NCBI GenBank assembly: GCA_963711835.1
Contig: CAVQFQ010000017.1
Location: 416,001-480,000 of the forward strand
DNA length: 64,000 nt
Direction: 5' to 3'
Source: an uncultured delta proteobacterium
Lineage (GTDB): Bacteria; Desulfobacterota; RBG-13-43-22
Below are positions 1 through 10,102 of the stretch, in pieces; positions within the stretch are counted from its first letter, which is position 1, and each line of letters begins with the position of its first letter. Below the pieces are notes generated by a model, which saw nothing but the letters and a program-made list of their open reading frames with translations, was not told where the DNA came from and did no database searches. Both the position numbers and the translations under genes were made by a program.

Positions 1-7
1 GGGCTAT

Positions 8-1102
8 GTGAACACGGTTGTTCCCAAGGATTATTTAGAGCTCCTGTTCCGGGTGGACCAGAATCCTAAACTCCTGGACCTGTTAAATGTCAAGTATTTC
101 ATCGGAACAAACCCGCGCTACCCCAATGGACCGGAGCTGTGGAAAATAGGAGGACCCTTCGATGATAAAGAGCTTGAATTAAACGCCCCGGCCATCATTT
201 CGGAGCTGACGGTAACCACTTTCTTAAGCCATTCTCAAGCCATCCCTCAGGGGCAGCCGGTGGCCCGGATTACTTTTATCGGAAAGGACGGTTCAGCTCA
301 AGAGGTCCTGATACGGGCCGGAATTGAAACATCCGAGTGGGCCGTCGACCGGCCGGGGTTACATTGTTCACACCAAAAAGCCCGGGTGGTCGATTCCTGG
401 GATATCCCGGGGGAAGGCTACCAGGGACATGCCTATGTTTTTTCAGCCCGTCTCTCCGACCCGGGAGAAATTTCAAAAATCGGCCTGCACTATCTTGCCC
501 CGCAAGGAAGACTCTTAATAAAAAAAATACTGGTGAACCAGCAGGATATTCAAGGACTCTTAAAAAAGCATTTCCAACCCCTGGCCCCCAATGTCTATTA
601 TAATAGTGCTTTTTTCCCCCGGGCCTTTATGATTGCCAAGGCAAAAGTGTTTCCTGCTGAAAAAGAATTACTCGAACAACTGGAACAGCTCGACCCCCAA
701 AAGACTATTTTGATAAGTCAGTACCCCGATGGTTATAAGGAACCCCCGGAGCCCTCCTTTTCAAGGACCGAGGCAAAGATCATGCAATATTCCCCGCACC
801 GGATAAAGATCGCAACCAAAACCAATCAAGACAAATTCTTGGTCCTGAGCGATACCTATCAATCCTCCTGGCAGGCCTGGATCGATCAAAGCCCTTCTCC
901 TATTTTGAAAGTGAATTACGGACTGAGAGGGCTTTATGTCCCTAAAGGGGAGCACCAAATCGAGCTATCTTTCCGGTTCTATCCTTTTTACCTGGGCCTG
1001 GCCATCACGCTTATCAGTCTGGCCGCCATTATCGTTATAACCTGTTGGGCCTTGAGGCGAAAGGCCTCCGGGAGCCGGGGGGGTTCTAATGACCAGGGTT
1101 AA
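8..1102 (+). CDS. YfhO-family membrane protein, C-terminal part (gene likely starts before the window)
   Basis: LLDLLNVKY, FPRAF, LVLSDTYxxxWQAWID and VNYGLRGLYVPKGEHQIELSF plus a terminal TM helix match the YfhO C-terminus. Confidence 0.75.
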   Translation: MNTVVPKDYLELLFRVDQNPKLLDLLNVKYFIGTNPRYPNGPELWKIGGPFDDKELELNAPAIISELTVTTFLSHSQAIPQGQPVARITFIGKDGSAQEVLIRAGIETSEWAVDRPGLHCSHQKARVVDSWDIPGEGYQGHAYVFSARLSDPGEISKIGLHYLAPQGRLLIKKILVNQQDIQGLLKKHFQPLAPNVYYNSAFFPRAFMIAKAKVFPAEKELLEQLEQLDPQKTILISQYPDGYKEPPEPSFSRTEAKIMQYSPHRIKIATKTNQDKFLVLSDTYQSSWQAWIDQSPSPILKVNYGLRGLYVPKGEHQIELSFRFYPFYLGLAITLISLAAIIVITCWALRRKASGSRGGSNDQG

Positions 1103-3827
1103 CCCGCCCCGTTCCCTGGTTCTTTTAGGGCTGATAAGCCTGCTCGCCGTCCATTTCCTTCTCCGCTGGATCATGGCTACCTCCCCTTTTCTGGCCGAGA
1201 CCTTCTACGATGAGGCCGTCACCGGTGAAATGGCCCTGCGCCTACTTAAAGGAGACCCCCAGCTTTTCTTTTGGGGACAACCCTACATGGGTGCTTTGGA
1301 AGCCTACCTGTCTGGATTTCTTTTTCATCTCTTCGGCCCGACGACCTTTGTCCTTCGCTCAACCGATATTTTAATTTGTGCCTTCATCCTTTTTTTAATA
1401 AATAGAATCGGCACCCTGACCGGTGGCGGACTGGTCGGTCTCTTGGGGGCTGCCTACTGGGCTTTTTCCCCTTTATACTTAAGCATGGTCGGCTTGTTGG
1501 CCACCGGAGGGCATGAAGAGGCCTGTGCCTTTGGGGCCTTTGTCCTTTTTGGCATCTGCTGGTTGACTTTTAAGGCTTCGAAAGGGTTGGGTGCTTTGTC
1601 CGCCCTGATCGGCATTACCGCCGGTCTGGGATGGTGGTCGAGCCTGTTATCCGCTCCCTTCCTGCTGGCCGGGGGAGTCGGTTTGGCTCTGGCACGGCCT
1701 CGGCTGCTCCTGAGCCGGGTCCCTTGGCTTCTGCTGGCCGGGTTCCTTTTGGGCTCTTTGCCTTTCTGGCTCTGGCAGTTCCGTTATGATTTTTTCACCT
1801 TTCGCTTCTTTGAAGGAGGCGGCCTGAAAGGGCTGACGGATTTCCTGTCAAAAATATATATTGTTCTCCGTTTCTCCCTCTTTCAATCCTGTCTCGGCGA
1901 TTGGTGGGATGGCCATAGCGTCCTGCCTTCGGTTTCTCCATTCCTGGCCTGGTTCATTTTCGTGGTGATCTACCTGCCGGTTTTTTTACTGGCCCTGGGG
2001 GTGGTGATTCGATGGCTCTGGCGGCTGGTCAATCGACAAAACCCTTTGCAAGGGCCCCTTGATCTGGTGGTCCTGACCTTCTGGGCCCTGGTTCTGAGTT
2101 TTTCAGCCAGTGATCGGGGGGCCAACGGCTCTTTGCGCTATTCCCTATCCCTTTATGTACCCTTTACGGTCTTAGTAGCCATCTGGTTGGGCCGGATCTT
2201 TCGATTTCACCGGATGGTCGGCTCCTTTGTCCTGGTCGGCCTCCTAAGTTTCAACCTCTTTATTCATCATCTCTTTCTGGAAGAATTCAAGAGCCTCCCC
2301 TACCGCCCTGTGGATCCATTGATTAAGGCCCTCAAGGATCGCGGAATCCGCTATGTTTATGCCGATAGCCGGATCTCCCAAGTGCTGACTTTTGAAAGCC
2401 GGGAAGAGATCATCGCTGCCGATTACTTCGGGCAGCGTAATTTGTATTACCTCCGGGCCGTTGATCAGGCCCCGGTAGATCAGGTAGCCATTGTGACCCA
2501 CCGGAGACTGGGCAACCCCTATCCGGAAACCATGGCTGCTTCTCTCCATCTTCTGGGAGGTCAGGCGGAGCGGGTAGAGGTGGGTGCCTATGTCTTCTGG
2601 TATCACTTTAAAGAACCTTCTGAGCCCCTCAGACCGGTTTCTCCTCAGAATTGGCGGTTCAGCGCCAGTCAAGAGGTCGGGCAGGCCCAACTAACTAAGG
2701 ATCGCGACCTGTTGACCTCCTGGAGGATTCTCAAGCGTGCCGGAGACTGGTTGTCCCTGGACCTGGGGAAACCCCGGTGGCTGGGACGAATCTCTCTCCT
2801 GCCTGGTCCTTTTGAATTCGGCCTCCCCTCCGGATTTACTATAGAACTGTCCCAGGATGGGAAGAAATGGGAAAAGGTGTCTGAGCTCGGCGTCAATGAT
2901 ATGTTGGCAGGTCTTTACTGGTACCAGGGGCGCCCGCGGCTTGACCATAATCCCCGCCTCCAGATTTCCTTTCCTCCCCGCCTGGCCCGGTTCCTGCGCA
3001 TCACCAACCTCCATACCCCGGAAGATCCGAAAGATCCCTGGACCATAGCTGAGCTGTTCGTCTATGAAGTTGCCGAGACCCCAACCCAGCCTTCAGGAAA
3101 GGCCCTGGAGGCTTATAAACAGGCCAAGGGCATCCTGGATCATTGGTTGGATGATCCTACCGGACCCCACCCTCTTTTCCCGGGGGTTTCCTTAGAGGTC
3201 CGACGAAGGCAGGTCAACTGGCAGACCGCGATGAAGTCCTTACAGAAGGCCATCGCCGAAGCGCCGGATTGGGAGGAATTTCATCAGGAATTCGGGACGG
3301 CCTTGGATAATGGGGGCTTTTTGAATCCGGATGGGAAACCAAGGCCTGCTAAACAATGGGATGTCAGGTCCCTCTTCCCCCATAAAGACCTAATAAAAAT
3401 ACCCCCTGCTCGGATCAGGGTCTCCTCGAACCGCAATCAATCAGAAACCGGCTTGGCTTTGGATGGGAATCCCCTAACCCGCTGGGGAAGTCTGCGGGGC
3501 CAGGAACCCGGGTTATTTTTTCAATTGGATCTGGGCGATTCCTTTCCAGTCGGGGGGTTCTCCTTATATTTGGACAGTTCCCTAAACGACTATCCCCGGA
3601 CGCTGATAGTAACGGCCTCCTCTGATGGAAAAACCTGGCAGGAGATTCAAAGCACCTCCCGGACTTATTATGCTATTGACGGAAACCGGGTTTATAAGAA
3701 AAGCTATTATTTCTTCACCCCGCTGCAGGTACGCTATTTAAAATTGTCCCAAATGGGCCAAGACCCGGTTTTTTGGTGGTCTATATATGAATTGGAGGTC
3801 TATGAACAGGCCAAACCCAGACCATGA
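1089..3827 (+). CDS. GT-C (PMT/ArnT-like, GT39-type) glycosyltransferase with two discoidin (F5/8 type C) domains
   Basis: Multi-TM N-terminus with DEA and FFWGQPYMGALE; two C-terminal domains with LDLG, SxDGKxW and WxIxEL discoidin motifs. Confidence 0.75.
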   Translation: MTRVNPPRSLVLLGLISLLAVHFLLRWIMATSPFLAETFYDEAVTGEMALRLLKGDPQLFFWGQPYMGALEAYLSGFLFHLFGPTTFVLRSTDILICAFILFLINRIGTLTGGGLVGLLGAAYWAFSPLYLSMVGLLATGGHEEACAFGAFVLFGICWLTFKASKGLGALSALIGITAGLGWWSSLLSAPFLLAGGVGLALARPRLLLSRVPWLLLAGFLLGSLPFWLWQFRYDFFTFRFFEGGGLKGLTDFLSKIYIVLRFSLFQSCLGDWWDGHSVLPSVSPFLAWFIFVVIYLPVFLLALGVVIRWLWRLVNRQNPLQGPLDLVVLTFWALVLSFSASDRGANGSLRYSLSLYVPFTVLVAIWLGRIFRFHRMVGSFVLVGLLSFNLFIHHLFLEEFKSLPYRPVDPLIKALKDRGIRYVYADSRISQVLTFESREEIIAADYFGQRNLYYLRAVDQAPVDQVAIVTHRRLGNPYPETMAASLHLLGGQAERVEVGAYVFWYHFKEPSEPLRPVSPQNWRFSASQEVGQAQLTKDRDLLTSWRILKRAGDWLSLDLGKPRWLGRISLLPGPFEFGLPSGFTIELSQDGKKWEKVSELGVNDMLAGLYWYQGRPRLDHNPRLQISFPPRLARFLRITNLHTPEDPKDPWTIAELFVYEVAETPTQPSGKALEAYKQAKGILDHWLDDPTGPHPLFPGVSLEVRRRQVNWQTAMKSLQKAIAEAPDWEEFHQEFGTALDNGGFLNPDGKPRPAKQWDVRSLFPHKDLIKIPPARIRVSSNRNQSETGLALDGNPLTRWGSLRGQEPGLFFQLDLGDSFPVGGFSLYLDSSLNDYPRTLIVTASSDGKTWQEIQSTSRTYYAIDGNRVYKKSYYFFTPLQVRYLKLSQMGQDPVFWWSIYELEVYEQAKPRP

Positions 3828-3867
3828 TGAAGACCTCTTGACGAGAGGATGAAAGGATGGTTCATTT

Positions 3868-6582
3868 TTGAAAAACGGATCAAGAACCGCTTGGTTACTT
3901 CTTGTGTTCGTCCTGCTTGGCTTTGGCCTCCGTCTGCTTTTTTTACTTACACCGACGTTGGACTCCGACCAGGCCGTGAATGGTTTGATGGCCCGCCATA
4001 TCCTGGAGGGCGCCTTTCCCCCTTTTTTTTACGGGCAGGATTATGCCGGAAGTATTCAGGCCTATTTGGTGGCCCCGGTTTTTTTCCTGCTGGGCGCTTC
4101 CCGTTTTACCTTGAATTTTGCGATCTGTCTGGAGTCCCTCTTTTTCATTCTTTTTATTTATTTTCTGGCCCGAGGCCTCTTTGACCAAAAAACAGCCCTC
4201 CTGTCGGCCCTGTTTTCAGCCTTTCCTTCCTATTACCTGGTTTTTCATTCGGTTCTGGCCCGTTCGGCCTACCTTGAAATACCGATCATTGGGGTCCTCC
4301 TTTTTATTTTTTGCCATCATAGTCTTTATGACCAGGCCCCCAGGAAGGGGACCTTTTTAGGGCTGGGCCTATTCTTGGGTCTGGGGCTCTGGACCCATTT
4401 CCTGATTATTTTTTATCTGCCTCCCATTTTTTTCCTTTTTTTCGTTAAAGATCCCTGGTTCTGGCGACGGCCGACCGCCCTTATGATCCTCCTGGGCATG
4501 GTCCTGGGAGGTCTGCCCCTTTGGATTCATAATATCCTTCATCCTTTGGTTACCTGGCATTTTCTCGAGGGGACATCCGGGGGCGGCGAACCGTTCCTGA
4601 CCTCCCTATGGGACTTTTTTCTGAATCGGTTCCCCGAGGTGCTGGGGATAAAAAATAATGATACCCGGGGCTATTACATCCCTTATCTTTCTTTCCCTCT
4701 CTATCTGGGTTATTTGGCTGTTTTTTCATTCCTTTTGCTGAGCCGGAGCAGGGGAATCGGCAACCTTATTGCACTGAGGCGCAGGCACAGCACCGGGTTG
4801 GATCTCCTGCTCCTTTTTCTTCTCTTTTTCCCATTCCTTTTCGCTCTCAGCGGCTTTTCCTCCGGCCATACCAGTCGGTATCTGCAGCCGCTATTTTCTG
4901 TCTTGCCCATCCTGCTGGCCGTATTTATCAGACAAGTAACCTCCTTTTCAGTTGCCCTGGCTTTCCTTTTCCTCCTTCTGCACCTTTTTTCGAATGTCTT
5001 CGGCACGCTGGCCAGGGCTCCCCTTCTCGACCAAAATCAAAGGAACCAATACCGGGAAGCCAGGAACAATGAGCAGAACTTATTCAAATTTTTATCGGAA
5101 AGGCAGATTAAAAGGGTCTATTGTCATGACTATTGGGCCTCAGCCCGATTAACCTTCGACGCCCGGGAAGAGATCATCTTTGCCCAGATGTTCCTGGACC
5201 GTTACCCGGCCTACACCGAGGCCATCGACCGCGATGAACGGGCGGCCTTTATTTTCCCCGGGGATAATGCGGATTTTGAAAAGACCTTAAAAGTCTTGGG
5301 CGGGACTTACCGCAAAAGTCAACCATACGGGTATAGTCTCTATTATGATTTTGTTCCCCCCCCTTTCCGGTACAGGGAGATACATCCGACCAGGTGGAGG
5401 GCAGTTTCCAATTATAATCCCCGGGAGGTGACCTATAGTTTCGATAGAGATTTTTCCACCCGCTGGACCTCCCTGGAACCCCAGAAACCGGGTCTGACCC
5501 TGCAGATCGATTTGGGAAAAATCTATGAGGACCTGGCTAAAATCAGCCTTATTTCCGGAAGGAACAACGACTTCCCCAGGGGCCTCCGTCTGGAGATCTC
5601 CCAGAATGGGAAGGACTGGCAGGTGGTATCTGAAGGTACGGGCTATTGGGGATCGCTTTTTTGGTCCGGCCCGCATCCCTTTTTCCGACCTCAGGAAGGC
5701 AGGTTTGACCTGACCTTCCCTCCCCAGTCGGGGCGGTTTTTAAAATTGACTCAACTGGGAGAGGATAAAACCTATTATTGGTCCGTAGCCGAATTGTTCA
5801 TTTATCAGGCCTTTCCCAAATCCCAAGAAAAATATCGCGGCTTAGAGCGTTTAATCTCACGGTTAAGGCAGAGGGAGCTGAAGCCTGTTTATGCCCATCC
5901 TTGGATTACTGCCCATCTCCCCTCTGCAATGCGGCCCAAGCCGGACCCGGAGGACCTCTCCGGGGAATTCGGCCCAATTCATAGGGCCCATCTTATCTCT
6001 CCTTTTACTGCCGCCGTCTTTGCGGTTGAGAAAGAAAAAGCCCCGGCCCTGGCAGCCGAGTTACGGCGTTTCTATTCCAGGCCTTTTCAGGAAGAGTCGG
6101 TTGACGACTATGTCATTTTCTCCATCCCTCCTCTACCGGCAGGTTTCCAGCCGATTTCCCGGAAAGGCTGGCAAGTCTCGGCCAATTATAATTCCCAAAC
6201 CGCCCGCCTGGCTATTGACGGCCAGATAGAAACCTCCTGGACCAGTAAAACCCCTCAGGTCCCGGGGATGTTTTTCCAGGTTGATTTGGGAAAAACTAAA
6301 AAGGTAGCTGGCCTGCGTCTTCTGGGGGGTGATTCGATAAATGACTTTCCCCGGGCATATCAGATCAAGGTTTCTCCTGACGGCCGGCACTGGAACTCCT
6401 TAACGTCGGTGCAGGCTCCCTCTTGGCTTTACTGGACAGGAGAAAATCTATTGAAATATCAAGGAAATATTGACTTAATCTTTTCTCCTGTCCCTATTCG
6501 CACCCTTCACCTGGTACAAACCGGTCAGTCGCAGACCTATTATTGGTCGATTCACGAGATGAGGCTCTATACCGTCGATTAG
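3868..6582 (+). CDS. Paralogous GT-C glycosyltransferase with two discoidin (F5/8 type C) domains
   Basis: DSDQAVNGLMA and FFYGQDYAGS in a multi-TM region; two discoidin domains (IDLGK...SQNGKDW...WSVAEL and VDLGK...SPDGRHW...WSIHEM). Confidence 0.75.
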   Translation: MKNGSRTAWLLLVFVLLGFGLRLLFLLTPTLDSDQAVNGLMARHILEGAFPPFFYGQDYAGSIQAYLVAPVFFLLGASRFTLNFAICLESLFFILFIYFLARGLFDQKTALLSALFSAFPSYYLVFHSVLARSAYLEIPIIGVLLFIFCHHSLYDQAPRKGTFLGLGLFLGLGLWTHFLIIFYLPPIFFLFFVKDPWFWRRPTALMILLGMVLGGLPLWIHNILHPLVTWHFLEGTSGGGEPFLTSLWDFFLNRFPEVLGIKNNDTRGYYIPYLSFPLYLGYLAVFSFLLLSRSRGIGNLIALRRRHSTGLDLLLLFLLFFPFLFALSGFSSGHTSRYLQPLFSVLPILLAVFIRQVTSFSVALAFLFLLLHLFSNVFGTLARAPLLDQNQRNQYREARNNEQNLFKFLSERQIKRVYCHDYWASARLTFDAREEIIFAQMFLDRYPAYTEAIDRDERAAFIFPGDNADFEKTLKVLGGTYRKSQPYGYSLYYDFVPPPFRYREIHPTRWRAVSNYNPREVTYSFDRDFSTRWTSLEPQKPGLTLQIDLGKIYEDLAKISLISGRNNDFPRGLRLEISQNGKDWQVVSEGTGYWGSLFWSGPHPFFRPQEGRFDLTFPPQSGRFLKLTQLGEDKTYYWSVAELFIYQAFPKSQEKYRGLERLISRLRQRELKPVYAHPWITAHLPSAMRPKPDPEDLSGEFGPIHRAHLISPFTAAVFAVEKEKAPALAAELRRFYSRPFQEESVDDYVIFSIPPLPAGFQPISRKGWQVSANYNSQTARLAIDGQIETSWTSKTPQVPGMFFQVDLGKTKKVAGLRLLGGDSINDFPRAYQIKVSPDGRHWNSLTSVQAPSWLYWTGENLLKYQGNIDLIFSPVPIRTLHLVQTGQSQTYYWSIHEMRLYTVD

Positions 6583-6670
6583 ATAAAAACCGTGGACTCC
6601 TGACGTGTCCTAACAGTCAGGATTCTGGTTGAGCCTCTCCGGCAGGGCCAATTAGTTCCCGGGGTTGCTA

Positions 6671-6699
6671 TTGACAAAAAACCGAAAGTTGATTAGAAT
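6671..6699 (+). promoter_or_regulatory. sigma70-type promoter of trxA-trxB-bamD
   Basis: TTGACA-17 bp-TAGAAT about 50 bp upstream of the trxA start. Confidence 0.7.
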
Positions 6700-6749
6700 T
6701 CGTACAATTTTTTTATTGCCGACCGTTTCAGCGGCACAAGGGGGAATTT

Positions 6750-7079
6750 ATGGCCGAAAAAAACATAGAGCAAGTTACCGATGAAAATTTTCAAACCGAG
6801 ATCCTGGATGCCTCCATCCCGGCCCTGGTGGACTTCTGGGCCACCTGGTGCGGACCCTGCCGGGCTATCGCCCCGGTGGTCGAGGAGCTCGCTGTCCAAT
6901 ATGATGGCCAGCTTAAAGTGGGAAAATGCAATGTGGATGAGAATCCCAAAACCCCGGCGCAATTTGGAATCAGGGCCATACCGACCTTGATCCTGTTTAA
7001 AAAAGGGGCCGTGGTGGAGCAAATAACCGGGGCCGTTTCCAAGGCCACTTTGGAAACAGCCATCAAAAAGGCCCTCTAA
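6750..7079 (+). CDS. trxA: Thioredoxin
   Basis: WCGPC active site, 109 aa. Confidence 0.97.
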   Translation: MAEKNIEQVTDENFQTEILDASIPALVDFWATWCGPCRAIAPVVEELAVQYDGQLKVGKCNVDENPKTPAQFGIRAIPTLILFKKGAVVEQITGAVSKATLETAIKKAL

Positions 7080-7091
7080 CCGGTTCCGGCC

Positions 7092-8009
7092 GTGGAGACC
7101 TATGACCTGATTATAATCGGCGGCGGACCGGCCGGTTTAACAGCCGGGATCTATGCCCGCCGTTCCCGGCTCAATACCCTGCTTATCGAAAAACTGACCC
7201 CGGGGGGGCAGGTTCTGATCACCGACTGGGTGGACAATTATCCCGGCTTTCCTGAGGGCATCTCGGGCTTTGACCTGGTGGACCGCATGCGCCGGCAGGC
7301 GGAGCGGTTCAACCTGCCTATCGTCAGTGACGAGATCCTCTCCCTTTCTTTCGATGGACCCAATAAAATAATCAAAGGGCATCAAACAAGCCACCGATCC
7401 CGGGCCGTGATTATTGCCAGCGGGGCCAGCCACAAAAAATTAGGGGTCCAGGGAGAGGAACTCCTAACCGGCAAGGGGGTCTCCTATTGCGCCACCTGCG
7501 ACGGTCCATTCTACCAGGGACAGGATATCGTAGTGGTGGGCGGCGGGGATACGGCCGTCCAGGAGGCCCTTTACCTGACCCGTTTTGCTAAAAAGGTTTA
7601 TTTAATCCATCGCCGCGACCAGCTTCGAGCCGCCAAGATCCTGCAGGAGAAGGCCCTTTCCCATCCGGCCATTGAACCGGTCTGGAAGGCCCTGGTAGAG
7701 GAAATCTTCGGCCAAGGCCAGGTGGAAGGGGTCAAGATTAAAAAACTGGACGGGACCCCCGGGATTACCCTCACGGTGCAGGGGGCCTTTGTTTTTATCG
7801 GTATCCAGCCCAATACCGAGTGGTTGAAGGGGGTGGTCTCTTTTAACGACCATGGGTTTATCAAAACCGATGACACCATGGCTACCTCGATACCGGGCGT
7901 TTTTGCCGCCGGGGATGTGCGCTGCAAGCTCCTCTGGCAAATATCAACAGCCGTAGGAGACGGGGCTACAGCGGCTTTTGCTGCGGAGAGGTATCTGGAA
8001 TCGTTATGA
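7092..8009 (+). CDS. trxB: Thioredoxin-disulfide reductase
   Basis: GGGPAG, GVSYCATCDG, GGGDTA and GVFAAGD motifs. Confidence 0.96.
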   Translation: METYDLIIIGGGPAGLTAGIYARRSRLNTLLIEKLTPGGQVLITDWVDNYPGFPEGISGFDLVDRMRRQAERFNLPIVSDEILSLSFDGPNKIIKGHQTSHRSRAVIIASGASHKKLGVQGEELLTGKGVSYCATCDGPFYQGQDIVVVGGGDTAVQEALYLTRFAKKVYLIHRRDQLRAAKILQEKALSHPAIEPVWKALVEEIFGQGQVEGVKIKKLDGTPGITLTVQGAFVFIGIQPNTEWLKGVVSFNDHGFIKTDDTMATSIPGVFAAGDVRCKLLWQISTAVGDGATAAFAAERYLESL

Positions 8010-8749
8010 GAATCAGGCCGGTCGGTTCTTTTTCACTAGTACTGCTTTTGGTTGGTTCCCTAATGGGAAGCCCAGGTTGTGCCCTGTGGGACAGCCTTTT
8101 CAAAAGCGAAATCAAAAAAGAATTGGAGAAGACCCCTGAATCCCTGATCCAGGAAGGTCTGGATTTCTACCAGAGGAAAAAATTTGCCCAGGCCATAGAG
8201 GCCTTTCAAAAATTAAAGGATCGATATCCCTACAACCAATACGCCATCCTGGCGGAACTGAAACTGGCCGATAGTTATTTTTTAAATAAGGATTACGAAC
8301 TGGCCGCGGCAGCCTATAAGGAATTTGAGAAAATGCATCCGGCCAACGAGGTCATCCCCTATATCGTTTTCCAGGTGGGCATGTCCTATTTCAAGCAGAT
8401 GCCCACGATAGACCGGGATCAAAGTAATGCCGAAAAAGCGGCCCAGGAATTCGAACGGCTCATCAAAACCTATCCCCAGAGCGAATACCTGGCCGAGGCC
8501 CGAAAAAACTTGATCCTGAGCCAAAAAAATCTGGCCCTTCATGAATTCACTATCGGGGAGTTTTATTTCAAGGCCAATAATTGCCAGGCCGCCCTGGGAC
8601 GATTTGAAGCGGCCCTCAAAAAATATCCCGATGTCCCTCCGACCCCGGCCGTGAAAAGTCAGATCGAGGCCTGCCAAAAGAAAGACGGCCGCAGCGAAAT
8701 AGTCCCCTCCATCTTAAAAGATCATCATTTTCCTGAACCCTTGAAATAA
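8006..8749 (+). CDS. bamD: Outer membrane protein assembly factor BamD (TPR lipoprotein)
   Basis: Lipoprotein-like signal, TPR helices, YPY..YA..AEL, DRDQ motif. Confidence 0.88.
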   Translation: MRIRPVGSFSLVLLLVGSLMGSPGCALWDSLFKSEIKKELEKTPESLIQEGLDFYQRKKFAQAIEAFQKLKDRYPYNQYAILAELKLADSYFLNKDYELAAAAYKEFEKMHPANEVIPYIVFQVGMSYFKQMPTIDRDQSNAEKAAQEFERLIKTYPQSEYLAEARKNLILSQKNLALHEFTIGEFYFKANNCQAALGRFEAALKKYPDVPPTPAVKSQIEACQKKDGRSEIVPSILKDHHFPEPLK

Positions 8750-8783
8750 AAAAACCCGGCCGTCCTGTTTCGGAGGCCAGGTT
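8748..8783 (-). terminator. Probable intrinsic terminator downstream of the tRNA-Ser pair
   Basis: Imperfect GC hairpin (AACCCGGCC...GGCCAGGTT) next to an A-run on +, i.e. a U-run on the minus strand. Confidence 0.45.
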
Positions 8784-8808
8784 CATAAAAATTCTTATCC
8801 TGGACCAA

Positions 8809-8901
8809 TGGCGGAGAGAGAGGGATTCGAACCCTCGGTAGAGGTTTCCCCCTACACTCGCTTAGCAGGCGAGCACCTTAAGCCTACTCGGTCATCTCTC
8901 C
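8809..8901 (-). tRNA. tRNA-Ser(GCT)
   Basis: Reverse complement GGAGAGATGACCGAG...CCTGCTAAG...GTTCGAATCCC...CGCCA; long variable arm, encoded CCA. Confidence 0.95.
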
Positions 8902-8921
8902 GTTTTATTATGAGCTGACAG

Positions 8922-8985
8922 CGATCAGCGGTCGGCTATCAGCCAACAACTAAAACTGTTTTTGCTGAAAGCTGATGGCTGATCG
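8922..8985. repeat. Imperfect inverted repeat of short GCTGA(T/A) units between the tRNAs
   Basis: CGATCAGCGGTCGGCTATCAGC ... GCTGAAAGCTGATGGCTGATCG. Confidence 0.55.
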
Positions 8986-9001
8986 AATGCTTTGGGGTGC
9001 A

Positions 9002-9089
9002 TGGCGGAGGGAGAGGGATTCGAACCCCCGTTCCCCGGAGGGAAAGCGGTTTTCAAGACCGCCGCCTTAAACCACTCGGCCATCCCTCC
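9002..9089 (-). tRNA. tRNA-Ser(TGA)
   Basis: Reverse complement GGAGGGATGGCCGAGTGG...GTCTTGAAAAC...GTTCGAATCCC...CGCCA. Confidence 0.95.
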
Positions 9090-9108
9090 CTTCCGCATTC
9101 TGTACCTA

Positions 9109-9137
9109 AATCTATCAGTTATGGACAGTCCTGTCAA
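9109..9137 (-). promoter_or_regulatory. sigma70-type promoter for the tRNA-Ser pair
   Basis: Minus strand TTGACA-17 bp-TAGATT about 20 bp upstream of the tRNA. Confidence 0.6.
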
Positions 9138-9150
9138 CCCTAATTGGGCT

Positions 9151-9876
9151 TCAAGGTTTCTTTCTCCCCCCGATCCGCATGCCCAATATCCCGATTTCAT
9201 AAAGCAAATACAAAGGGCCGGCCATGAGCATCATGTTGAAGGCATCCGGGGTCGGGGTCAGCACCGCTGCAATAATGGCTATAATTAGAATGGCATAACG
9301 CCGGTATTGGGTCAGAAAGCTCACCTTCAGCAGACCGATCCGGCCTAAGAGGATCATAGTCAAGGGCAACTCAAAGATGATCCCGAAGGCAAAGATGAAG
9401 AGGATGGAGAAGGATATAAACTTTTTAACCGAGATGAGGGCTTCAATATGGGCGCTCTGGTAGCTGAGTAAAAATTTCGTTCCATAGGGCAGGGTAACGA
9501 ACAGACAAAACCCGGCCCCCAGGTAAAAAAGAAGGATGGCGCCGGCCCAGTAGAGAAGCATTATTTTCCGGCTGAAGGAGGCGAACAGGGGCTGGACAGC
9601 AGCCAATAGCTTGTAAAGGATAAAAGGCATGATCACAAAGAGGGCTGAAAAGAGGGCAATATTCAACAGGGCGAAAAAGGTTTCGGAAAGCTCGTAATAA
9701 GCCAGGGTGACCCCGGTATGCTTTTGAAGAAAAGTCAGAATCGTCTTTGAAAACCCGTAGCCGATGATGGAGAAAATGAGGGTGATGATCCCGATCTGAA
9801 TCAGGCCTTTTCTGAGGCCTTTTAGAAATAAAATGAGCCGATCGGGATTTTCGAAAACTTCCGCCAGAGGGCGCAT
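9151..9876 (-). CDS. tatC: Twin-arginine translocase subunit TatC
   Basis: Six TM helices; FGIIFELP, RRYAIL, AAVLTPTPD and PLYLLYE motifs. Confidence 0.92.
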   Translation of the reverse strand: MRPLAEVFENPDRLILFLKGLRKGLIQIGIITLIFSIIGYGFSKTILTFLQKHTGVTLAYYELSETFFALLNIALFSALFVIMPFILYKLLAAVQPLFASFSRKIMLLYWAGAILLFYLGAGFCLFVTLPYGTKFLLSYQSAHIEALISVKKFISFSILFIFAFGIIFELPLTMILLGRIGLLKVSFLTQYRRYAILIIAIIAAVLTPTPDAFNMMLMAGPLYLLYEIGILGMRIGGRKKP

Positions 9877-10102
9877 GACCGGATAAAACTCCTTTAAACC
9901 ATCCGTTAACTTGGGCTCATCCGGAACTTAAAGATTTCCGGATGGAAGATGTGTCTGGCTTATAGCATTTTTTTATCAGACAGGCAAATAAGTCGCTCAT
10001 ATCTCCTCTTTACTACTTTACTACCTAAAAGATATACGATACTATCCCCCCTCGTCAGCCATAATGTTGCACCTTTTTTAAAAACAGTCCTTGGGAGGGT
10101 TT

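Noticed and set aside
9002-9089. tRNA with TGA anticodon considered as tRNA-Sec
   Set aside because: Anticodon TGA reads UCA (Ser). tRNA-Sec needs a TCA anticodon and an extended acceptor stem.
8925-9288. ORFs overlapping tRNA-Ser(TGA) (likewise 40684-40869 over tRNA-Arg)
   Set aside because: These are translations of tRNA sequence.
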